Shown here: one piece after another, positions 23,301 to 31,872 of the stretch
How positions within the stretch are numbered: position 1 is the first letter of the stretch
Layout of the letters: every line of letters begins with the position of its first letter
Assembly: GCA_965112155.1 (NCBI GenBank)
Contig: OZ218099.1
DNA length: 64,000 nucleotides
Direction: 5' to 3' (one strand)
From: Podarcis liolepis
Lineage: Eukaryota
Translations under genes and position numbers: made by a program
The notes under the pieces: model-generated
Seen by the model: only the letters and a program-made list of their open reading frames with translations
Database searches by the model: none
Told to the model about the DNA's origin: nothing

Positions 23301-26300
23301 CACCCGGCACCGCCAGCGCCTGGGCAAGAGTGCCTTCCTGCAGCTACAGAAGGCCCCCGATGCCCAGGGCCAGTCGGAGGATGGCCGGCTTGCTCTTGAG
23401 GAGCGGCTTGCCCAGCTGGAGGCCGAAGAAGAGGCCGGAAGCCCTCGGGCCCGCCTAGACAACAAGCAGGTGACCTTTTCCCCGGAAATCACCAAGGGTG
23501 GAGCGTTGGACGAGAACCTGGGTGACTACAACCGGGCGGTGGCCAAGCTGAATACCGCCCTGAGCTCCCTGCAGCTGGACATGCAGCGTCTGAGCGATCA
23601 GCAGCAGCGCCTCCTGCTGGATAAGAAGCCTAGCGTGCAGGCCTGGGTGATCCCAGCCCCAAGGACCGGCCGTGAGGGGGCTCCTCCCCGCTCTTCCCTG
23701 GAGCTGTCCTCCCCATCTCCATCGCCCTCCCCTTCCCGCAAGTCCCGCTCCCCTCAGCCCACCCCTAAGAAGTCTCCTGCCCCGGCTCCGCCCAAGAGCC
23801 CCCGGCACACTCGGCCAGTGGAGCTGAAGCTGCCCCCCCTCACGCGGGTCCTGACACCTCCCCACAACGTGGACACCCTCCCACACCTCCGCAAGTTTTC
23901 CCCCAGCCAGGTGCCCATGCAGACCCGCTCCTCCCTCCATTTTGCCGAGGACGAGGAGCTGCCCGTGCCAGAGGCCCAGGGGAACTTGCGGCCCGTGGCC
24001 TCGGTGCCCCCTCAGGGGGGCAATGGCCGTGTCTCGGGGGATGGCACCAGTGACGTCTCCTCGCCCAGTGACCGGCGCAGCAGCCTGATTGAAATTCCCT
24101 TGTCCAGCCTGAAGGGGGAGGAGGAAGACGACGATGCAGATGGCGACGACTCGCTGGAGGGATCCATCACCGAGGCCCTGGACTCCGAGCCGGCCCGGGC
24201 TGGCATGGGCTTCTACTTCAAGGTAAGCGCTTGAAGCGGAGACTGCTAACACTCATGGTGGGCATTCTGCACTTTCTATAGAAGAGCTTTTGGAGCATGG
24301 GCAAGAGGCAGCTGGGTATGGCTAGGCGCTTGGAGCCGGCCAGGGCTAGGCTGGGCTTCAGTTGGCTGTGCTGCTTCGCTCTTTCTTGGCTGGCTCAAGG
24401 TAATAGGAGCAGGCGGCCTGCAGTGGGACAGGGATTCCAAGGGGCCCCGTTTGACTGGCAGAAGCGTATGCAGAATGTACAGGTGGGGTTGCTGAAGCCA
24501 AGTGCTCGAACAAAGACACTGTGTGTGTGTGTGCAACTTAAAACGGGCATCTCCTTTCTGAGATCCTTGTGGGTCAGGGAAGATCTTTTTCCAGACGTGT
24601 TTTTTCTACTGCGCCTGCTTAAATCACACCAGCTGCTGCTGCTCTCTAGTGGCAATGCAGATCTCTGCAGCATCTTGGACTGGCCCAAAGATAGGACCAG
24701 AAGCATGAGCTCCAGAAGCAGAGCTCAGCCTCGAAGAGACGATGGAGTGTGGGTCATGTACAGAATGACCTCGGCCAGGTTGACTTGGGATTTGCAGTGG
24801 GAGTTTGAGGTCTCAGTTCCTGAGCTTTCTGCCAGTTTTGGACCTCATTCTGAGACTCGATAATCCTGGGACCTCCAGGCATTGATAAATCATGCCTGGA
24901 AGTTTTTTCATTCTCTCTATCACCTACCCTTGGGATTCGGATCCTATCTGTAGGTGCTAGGAATCCCATTTTGGGCAAGCCATATCTATGAGTGGCAGGA
25001 TCACACAGGATACATGGAGTGGCATTTCCAGAGGGGTTGAGAGCAGTTGGCTCCAGTCCAGAGGAAGGTAGAAAAAGAACCTAAGAGCTCTGCTGGATCC
25101 GACCAATCTAGTTCAGCATCCAGTTGTCATTGTAGCCAACCATAAGGACAGGCCTGGCTGCTGCGTGACTCCTGTCCTGAAAGTGAAAAGTGACCCTGCA
25201 TCTTAGAGGACTCACCCACCCTTTCTCTCTACTGACTCGCTGTGTTTGTTCAGGATGAGGCGAAGGCTGAGGAGGAAATGGCGCAGAAGCGCGCAAGCTT
25301 CCTAGAGAGGCAGCAGCGACGCACTGAGGAGGCGAAGCGCAGGAAGCAATGGCAGGAGGCGGAGAAGGAGAAGAAAGAGGAGGAGGCAAGGTGAGATTGG
25401 GATGGGGGAAGCCACAGGGTCCTTCTCATTCTTGGCCCTCCTTGTAGGCATGACCATGGTAGGTGCTTCTGCTGTGGTGGGAGGCCTTGTGCTTCCAGTG
25501 TTCCACCCCCCCCCCCCAATTGCTCTATTTGGTTTCTCCAGTTCCCATGCTACACCGACACTTACAGAAATCGAGTCACTCAAGTAATGCTTTATACATC
25601 CATAACTACTGCTTCATTTGTTTTGTATTGGTTCTGATGCACTGGGATTTCCCATTGTGTGGAAATGGCTCTCATGTCACGGTGGGGCCTTGTGTGAATG
25701 GGGCCCTTTTCACTCAATCTTCCATGGCAAAAGGGGCAAGATTCAGGGCCTGGCCATTCAGAATGAGGGTATAATAAACAGATAGGTCGCACTTATTCCA
25801 AGGACAGTGTCTGGATCTTTCTTGGAGCAAAATGTGCCCACCTTATGTAGAGCCAATGAACTCTGACTGCTTGGAGTGCCATCTTCAAGGACTTTCTCCT
25901 GTACAAACCCTGCTGCCTAGAATGAGATTTGTGTGTGAGCAAGATTGTCTAGTGCAAAATAAGTTCCTGCTGGCCCTCAACGCGTAGATTTTCTTCTAAG
26001 CTGGCAGCAGAAGTGTGTGTGAGTAAAGGAAATAACCTGGCAAAGTGTCATCTGTTGCTTGCACCTTCCCCCAGCAGGGCTCACTGCTTGTGCTATGGAG
26101 GGCAGAGGAATCGCTGTAACCTCTGGCAGATGCTTGTGAGCCAACCACCATTTTGACATTCCTGCATTGACCTGATGAACCATTGTCTTGGAACATTATG
26201 GGAATAATTTGCAGGGGATTCTAGGGGACATATTCTAGAGCAGGAAAAGTCAATGTGGTTCCCTCTAGATACTGCTGAACTACAAGCCCCCACCTTGTTC

Positions 26301-29098
26301 TAGGGCATGGGTAGGCAAACTAAGGCCTGGGGGCCAGATCCGGCCAAACTGCCAGTCTGGGAATCAGCAAGTTTTTACATGAGTAGAATGTGTCCTTTTA
26401 TTTAAAATGCGCCTCTGGGTTATTTGCGCGGCATAGGAATTCGTTCATTTTTTTCTTCAAAATATAGTCTGCCCCCCCCCCCCCAGGTCTGAGGGACAGT
26501 GGACCGGCCCCCTGCTGAAAAAGTTTGCTGACCCGTTTTAGGAATGTTCTTGGTTTGCACACAGGGTATCAGTTGTGCCTACTGAACCTGGCTGTTACGA
26601 TCCATGAGCTGAGAATGCAATCACCTCCCATTGTTGCTTCATACTGCAAGAGAAGAGGGGTAGTTCTGGGAGGCGTGTCTGTGGTTACCATACCCCCGCC
26701 CCCATTAAGGGGCGGTTTCAGAATGCAGATGAAAAACTAATGCATTTTACCTAAAGAGTAACTAAGGGCAGAATTCATTTGATGAGTCCCATCAGCGGAA
26801 GCCCTGTGTAAGGACTTTCATTTGCACAGTAGGGTTTCCCCTGCTGCGCACCCTAAAACTGGAGAGGAGAGATCAGCCCACTTGGTGAGCTGCAGTGCAC
26901 TTTAGTATGATGTTGAATCCTTCCTCCTATAACAAAAAAATGCCCGGTGGATTTTGGGTTAATAGCAGATTCTGTGCCTGGTGGGCTTGTGGTCACTTTT
27001 AACCTCTGGCTGTGTTCTTGACTGTGCTTCTCCAGACAGCGGCAGGCAGAGGAGCAGCCCCGGCAAGAGGAGGAAGTGGTGGGGCCGAGGCGCGGTGACT
27101 TCACCCGCCTGGAATACCAGCGGCGCCATCAGCTCAAGCTGATGGAGGACCTGGACAAGGTGCTGCGGCAGAAGCCCACCACTGTGCGCGCCCTCAAGAA
27201 GGGGCGGCCCAAGACCGTCTTCTGTGATGACTCTGCCCTAGCGCGCAGCCCCGTGAAAGGCCTCCTTGGTAAGAGCTGTGGCTAGTTGGGAGAGGAGCTG
27301 GGCACGCTCTGCAGGGTGGTGGAAAACTTGTAAATGCAGCTGCCATGTGTCACGGTGGCGCTAGAATGCAAAGGGACCGTGGTTCAGGAAAGGGACAGCT
27401 GTGGCCATGTAAACTTTGCCCCCATCTCCTGATCATGTGTCTGCCTATTCCTAGGCTCCAAGCTCAGCAAGGTGTATTCCCAGTCGACTCTCTCGCTTTC
27501 TACAGTGGCCAATGATCCTGGCAACTCGCTCTCCATCAAGAGGTCTTCTCGGTGAGTTTGTAGTACTTCTACTTAGCCTTGTTACTCTAACACATTAAGA
27601 GGGCACAGGGGAGATGCAGAAACCCTGGCAGTGTGCTCTAGGGTGGGTGGGATTTGGGTTGGCCTTCTAGCTAGTAGCAGGCCCAAGGAAAATGGGTTTG
27701 TGCTGCGCTTGCAGACGTTAAGGGTGAGCACTTCTGTTTTGCAGAGCTGCGTCTCCTTCTGGGCCAATGTCCCCCAGCCGGTTGCTGTCCAACCAGAACC
27801 GGGAGCGTGACTGGGAGAACGCATCGACCGCCTCCTCGCCAGCCTCCATTCCAGAGTACACAGGTAAACCTCTTGCTGTCTCAGTCCTCCCTTCCAGAAA
27901 ATTCCAGCTTTCCTCCTGTGACACTACAGAGGGGGCTCTGCTAGATCTCCTCCTCCAAATGCACTGGCAAAGTGTCTTGATCTGGTGCCTGCTCTGCAAG
28001 GGCATCAAGAGACCTCCAGATCTTTTGCCTTGTGAAGCATCTCTGTTTGTCTTGCCAGGGCTGCCTTCCTTAAGGAGCCTCGTGAGCCTGTCTTCTCTAC
28101 TGAACTCTTCTTCTCTCTGCAGGACCCAAGCTGTACAAGGAGCCCAGTGCCAAGTCCAATAAGTACATTATTCACAATGCACTGTCTCACTGCTGCCTTG
28201 CTGGCAAAGTCAATGAACCCCAGAAAAATCGCATCCTGGAGGTAAGCTGAGGGGGCAATAACATGGGGTGGGATGGCAGGTTGTTAAATGGCTGTGGGCT
28301 GGGCAAGATGCATCTTTCGCCCTCGACTTGAACTGTGCACATCATATCTTCCTCTGATCTCTGTGAATTTGGAAGATCATGTTGGTTCCAGCTCCTGACT
28401 CTGCATGGGCTTTGCCTAATACAGCAAGGCCTCACCTTCCGCTGTTAGAATATAGCGGCATAAAAGCATCACACTGGCTGCACCACTGAGTGATGTTAAT
28501 CATAGAACCCCATGTGCAAAGGTGTTTGGTCACGTTCATTGGCTGTGAGCCTAGTGGCGGTTGAACCGTACTGGCAGAAGGTAGGAGAGCCCTCTAGCCT
28601 CTGAAGAAGTCTCCCTTTTCTCAGTGGAGATGAAGAAAATCATGTGTGACAGCTGCTGGCTCACAAGAACTTAGAACTGTATGTGTTTGTTGTTGGTTCT
28701 GCAGACATTTCTAATGTTGGAATGTTTTATGTGCCTCGACTTGATTCTTACTCCTGTTTTACACGCATCTTCCTCCCTGCCCCCCTCCATTTTAGGAAGT
28801 GGAGAAGAGCAAAGCCAATCACTTCCTCATCCTGTTCCGTGATTCGAGCTGCCAGTTCCGGGCGCTGTACACCCTGTCGCCAGAGACGGAGGAACTGACG
28901 CGCCTGGCAGGCTACGGGCCGCGCACCATCACTCTGGCCATGATCGAGGGCATCTACAAGTACAGCTCTGACCGTAAGCGCTTCACGCAGATTCCCAGCA
29001 AGACCATGTCCATGAGTGTGGATGCCTTCACCATCCAAGGACACCTCTGGCAGACCAAGAAGCCAGGCACCCCCAAGAAGCCAGGCACACCAAAATAG
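4210..29098 (+). CDS. CAMSAP3: CAMSAP3 (calmodulin-regulated spectrin-associated protein 3 / Nezha), multi-exon, 5' partial
   Basis: 18 GT-AG exons join in frame (3890 nt, entering in phase 1). The product has a CH domain region, coiled coils (LGARLEEKRRAIEAQKKRIEAIF; DMQRLSDQQQRL) and a C-terminal CKK domain (PKLYKEPSAKSNK...MSVDAFTIQGHLW). CAMSAP3-type motifs (SFSIPFGLDSDVD, LTRVLTPPHNVD) and adjacency to XAB2 support the paralog call. Confidence 0.96.
6055..6225 (-). mobile_element. Degraded squamate tRNA-derived SINE (Squam3-like)
   Basis: B-box-like ggttcaatcc on the minus strand; related sequence near 19430-19650 and 36040-36215. Confidence 0.5.
10630..10893. mobile_element. Tc1/mariner-superfamily (Tc2/pogo-like) MITE with internal hairpin
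   Basis: TA-flanked ends ccgtattttt / aaaaattacag; internal inverted repeat gaagccagaacagcaagaggga / tccctcttgctgttctggcttc. Confidence 0.8.
11148..11282 (+). CDS. CAMSAP3: CAMSAP3 coding exon (GAHLALIDSLM...KLLHWIDM)
   Basis: tacag|GGT acceptor, ATG|gtacct donor, phase 0-0. Confidence 0.93.
11293..11336. repeat. (AATC)n microsatellite
   Basis: 11 perfect units, starting 10 nt after a CAMSAP3 exon end. Confidence 0.98.
12299..13032. mobile_element. Tigger/pogo-like MITE (outer element of a nested pair)
   Basis: Perfect terminal inverted repeat TA-cagtcataccttgg ... ccaaggtatgactg-TA. Confidence 0.82.
12328..12843. mobile_element. Tc2/pogo-like MITE inserted in the outer element
   Basis: TA-ctgtattttc ... 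gaaaagtatgg-TA ends like those of 10630-10893; GC-rich internal ~60-bp repeats. Confidence 0.75.
13090..13188 (+). CDS. CAMSAP3: CAMSAP3 coding exon (IIHKIQQSSEQE...SGPK)
   Basis: ctccag|ATC acceptor, AAG|gtgcgt donor, 99 nt. Confidence 0.9.
13837..13869 (+). CDS. CAMSAP3: CAMSAP3 alternative microexon, 33 nt (CPTRWYWKLVP)
   Basis: Pyrimidine tract plus cttcag|TGT acceptor, CCT|gtaagt donor; peptide matches the known CAMSAP alternative insert. Confidence 0.92.
14853..14900 (+). CDS. CAMSAP3: CAMSAP3 alternative microexon, 48 nt (HAIAFCLKESGNKPPV)
   Basis: atccag|CAT acceptor, GTG|gtaatg donor; resembles the recalled mammalian CAMSAP3 long-isoform insert HAIAFCLKESG.KPP. Confidence 0.88.
16624..16762 (+). 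CDS. CAMSAP3: CAMSAP3 coding exon (IRYRKDK...YCPQIVRLE)
   Basis: cacag|ATC acceptor, G|gtaagt donor; CH domain. Confidence 0.95.
16917..17056 (+). CDS. CAMSAP3: CAMSAP3 coding exon (DVCLKETMSVADSLYNLQL...PPMLR)
   Basis: ggtag|AT acceptor, AGG|gtgagt donor; CH domain. Confidence 0.95.
17604..17697 (+). CDS. CAMSAP3: CAMSAP3 coding exon (INVGVFLAELFLCFEVLKPDFV...)
   Basis: cccag|ATA acceptor, G|gtaaga donor. Confidence 0.94.
19199..19250 (+). CDS. CAMSAP3: CAMSAP3 small coding exon (DSPGLNDSLTPNSGNNS)
   Basis: ttccag|AT acceptor, AG|gtaagg donor; needed to convert phase 1 to phase 2 between neighbouring exons. Confidence 0.85.
21080..21153 (+). CDS. CAMSAP3: CAMSAP3 coding exon (SPVFSFRHPLL...)
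   Basis: catag|C acceptor, G|gtaaga donor. Confidence 0.92.
22224..22296 (+). CDS. CAMSAP3: CAMSAP3 coding exon (GSLHHSTSMSHVEGFGKPWSKKQL)
   Basis: cttag|GC acceptor, AG|gtgagg donor. Confidence 0.92.
22494..24222 (+). CDS. CAMSAP3: CAMSAP3 large central exon (coiled coils 1-2, proline-rich region)
   Basis: Lies within ORF 22414..24234; cctag|C acceptor, AAG|gtaagc donor. Confidence 0.96.
25254..25390 (+). CDS. CAMSAP3: CAMSAP3 coding exon (DEAKAEEEMAQKRASFLERQQRR..., coiled coil 3)
   Basis: ttcag|GAT acceptor, AG|gtgaga donor. Confidence 0.94.
26306..26535. mobile_element. hAT-like non-autonomous element (same family as 2889-3214)
   Basis: Near-identical internal sequence and ends. Confidence 0.75.
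27036..27268 (+). CDS. CAMSAP3: CAMSAP3 coding exon (...GDFTRLEYQRRHQLKLMEDLDKVLR...)
   Basis: tccag|A acceptor, G|gtaaga donor. Confidence 0.94.
27455..27551 (+). CDS. CAMSAP3: CAMSAP3 coding exon (SKLSKVYSQSTLSLSTVAN...)
   Basis: cctag|GC acceptor, CG|gtgagt donor. Confidence 0.93.
27745..27863 (+). CDS. CAMSAP3: CAMSAP3 coding exon (...RERDWENASTASSPASIPEYT)
   Basis: tgcag|A acceptor, G|gtaaac donor. Confidence 0.94.
28123..28241 (+). CDS. CAMSAP3: CAMSAP3 coding exon, start of CKK domain (PKLYKEPSAKSNK...NRILE)
   Basis: tgcag|GA acceptor, GAG|gtaagc donor. Confidence 0.95.
28796..29098 (+). CDS. CAMSAP3: CAMSAP3 last coding exon, CKK domain end and TAG stop
   Basis: tttag|GAA acceptor; EVEKSKANHFLILFRDSSCQFRALY...KKPGTPK*. 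Confidence 0.96.
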   Translation, partial: EVEKSKANHFLILFRDSSCQFRALYTLSPETEELTRLAGYGPRTITLAMIEGIYKYSSDRKRFTQIPSKTMSMSVDAFTIQGHLWQTKKPGTPKKPGTPK

Positions 29099-30576
29099 CC
29101 AGGCCTTTCCAACCTCAGCCCGTCTACTGCTTTTCTCTGCCTGGACTTTAGAGCTGCTACTTCTTAGGTTGCTGGCCCAAGTTGGATACATGGAACCCTA
29201 CACATAGCCTTCCAAAATGGGTGGCTTGCGTAGATGGGTCTGTTAAGCAGGGGGCTACATCTTGTACTGGACCAGCGTTATCTCTGGCTGGATCAGAGCC
29301 ACACAGGAGTCTTGTGCATAGTTCTGATGCCAGTTCTAAGGAGACTACTTTTTTTTGGGGGGGGGGGTTGTTGACAGATGCTCTGGAAACTGCCAAATCC
29401 CATGATAATCTAGAGGCTCAGAGTTGCCATAGTGACACTGCCCTACATGCGGCCTGTGTGCGCTCGTCTGGCCTCCTGCATGCTCTGTCTGCCTCCAGCC
29501 ACCACCTGAATGTTGGTCCACCACCACAGCAATGAAGGGTCTCTCTTTCTGACTTCTGCTTGCCTGGGGAACGGGGCCCAGGCCTTCTTTGGTTCTGTTC
29601 GGGGTTTCTTGTTTCCCTGGGTGCCCCTGTTTATATTTATACATACTTATACATATATATATAGATATATATATATATATCTTGGAGCTATTTAATGATT
29701 TTTCAATTATTTGTATATAAAAAGGAACAAATTGCATTTGGAACAGTGGGGCAGGGTGAATTTGTATATGGAGATAGGCATGGTGGGGGGAGGGTAGCAC
29801 AGAACAAGGTGTGTGTGTGTGGATGGATGGATGTTTCCTCCTTTGGCGTTTTGTCTTTCTTCCTTCCCCACTTCCCCTTTGGGCTTTTTCCCCCTGCTCC
29901 CTTGTTCACAAGGGCTATTTGGTGTAGGGATGGGCAAGGGCTGTTTACATGTCATAACTTTTTAGCAGGCATTTTGGGGAGTGGCAGGGAGCCTGCGAAT
30001 TTGGCAAGCTTCAGCTGGCCATTCTCATTCAAAATATTTGGAAGCTGGGAGTTGCTGTAGTCACAGAGCAGGCCTCTGTGGATCCTGAACTGAGCTGCCA
30101 AATGGAAAATGCAAACTCCTACCTGCTCTAGGAAGAGAGCAGGCTCCAGCCCCTTCTTTCCTTCCTTCCTTCCCAGTTTAGAGCTGCACCTCTGGGCTGT
30201 AGCAGGCAGTGAATGTAGGCTGCTCCTTCAGTTGTCCTCCCCAAGAGCCAGAGGAGGCCTGGGCACTGAGGGGCTTCTACCCTCTATTCTTTCTCTTCTC
30301 CCCCACCCCCTACCCGGCCCACTTGCTGTCTGGGTCTTTTCCTCCGCCTCCTGCTCTTTTGGGGTAGCAGTTGCTCTCAAAGCAGAGTGCAGGAGGGAGC
30401 TGGGGGAAGCCAGTCCTGTTCAGCTTGGGGTTCTGTCTTGTTCAACTTTATTCCAGGTCTCTCCTGGTTGCTTGTTGATGGCCGAATGTCATGTAGGTGT
30501 TTGGGGATACAGTATAGTGCAGGGTTGGTGTTAAAAAAATTAAAAGGGCAGGTGGGAACTTCGTCCCTGGCTGCTT

Positions 30577-30650
30577 AATAAAGTAACTTAAATGAACTCT
30601 TTGCTGGTCATTACTTGCACTTCCATTCCACACAGAGTGGGGTGAATAAA
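30577..30650 (+). promoter_or_regulatory. Probable CAMSAP3 polyadenylation signals (AATAAA at 30577 and 30645)
   Basis: First canonical AATAAA hexamers I found after the stop codon, about 1.5 kb downstream. Confidence 0.6.
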
Positions 30651-31399
30651 AGACACTGGAGGCAGATTGTGTCTCTGGTTTTGAAAGCCTGCCTTTCCTT
30701 TCTCTCTATAATTGGCTTTATGTTGCAAGTGTCTGCCTTCAGCTTTAGCCTGTGCCCATTACTCAGCTGTTTCGGATAGCAGGACAGAGGCACGGGGAAG
30801 CTAGGAGTCTAGCCATTTTAAAGCCTTTTTTGTCGGATGTTTGTGGACTTGTTCCATGTTTAATGCAGGGTTAGAACTACTGGGGTGTGACCAGCTGCTG
30901 TTTCCTTGTTTGGGTTTAATTAAGCGTTGCTTCCTTGAAAGCAGTGGAGGTTTGGTAGGTGTTCAGCTGGTTGGTAGAAGGAAGTAAGGTCATTCTCCTT
31001 GTTCCACCCAGTTATTTGTTGGACTTTCCCCCATGAGCAGGACCAAGCAGGACAGGAATATACTTAAGAACAGGACTTGGGAGAAACTGCTGTAGCAGGA
31101 AAGACAAATTGGCATTCACGGAAAGTATGTGGTAACAACCTCATCACTACTGCTTAACCCCCTTTCCTTAATGTTCATTGTTCCTAAACATCAAGAGCTT
31201 ATTCACATGTCTGTTTTAAGCTGCCAGGATCTTATGAAGTAACTGTTGTCACAACAGTTAAGCTAGTGAGAGAGGATGAATTCTTATCAGCAGCACAGTT
31301 AAGGAAATTCCATTAGGAAGCTAGGGGTTAAGCACTCCATTATATTGAACATGCCACTGAACTGAAAGCAGTGTTTGACATAAATTGAAGAAGCCCCCT

Positions 31400-31405
31400 T
31401 TTATT
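31400..31405 (-). promoter_or_regulatory. Probable XAB2 polyadenylation signal (AATAAA on minus strand)
   Basis: tttatt on the plus strand, about 400 nt past the stop codon. Confidence 0.55.
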
Positions 31406-31530
31406 ACACTTTTTAAGCTTAGGAGACTTAGAGTTTCAGTAATGAAAAGTATGCCGAACTAGCAGCTGACAGTGCAGGTTACTTATTCATGTATACAGCA
31501 GCTGGCATTGTGCCCCCCCTTTCTCATAGA

Positions 31531-31651
31531 GGATCAATCATCCAGTCCAACCCCTTGCAATGCACAAATTGGTAGCTGTCCCTTACGGGGATTGAAAACT
31601 GCAACCCTGATGTTGCCAACACCATGCTCTAACCAATTGAGCTAGTTTCCC
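31531..31651 (-). mobile_element. tRNA-Ile-like SINE with CR1-derived tail, in the XAB2 3' UTR
   Basis: Minus strand tagctcaattggttagagcatggtg...tcaatccccgta, followed by gcattgcaaggggttggactggatga. Confidence 0.7.
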
Positions 31652-31810
31652 ATACAGACCTACACCAGACATTTGATAAAAAGATTTTATAAATAGCAAC
31701 GTGACAGAATAGAAAAGGATACTATCAAGGAAAACAAACAAATTACACCAACCCAGCTGATATGACACTTGTAGCCCTAGTTCAAAAGCAGTTCATCCAT
31801 CTGCAGCCGC

Positions 31811-31872
31811 TCAATCATCCTTAAGGCCTCCAAACACAGCGGAAGGAACACTCTGCTGCTCCAGCTGCACCT
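31811..31872 (-). CDS. XAB2: XAB2 exon 19 (last coding exon, TGA stop)
   Basis: [20 protein letters not shown]. Confidence 0.94.

Noticed and set aside
23455-24252. 265-aa antisense ORF
   Set aside because: Shadow of the GC-rich CAMSAP3 large exon; no independent gene signals
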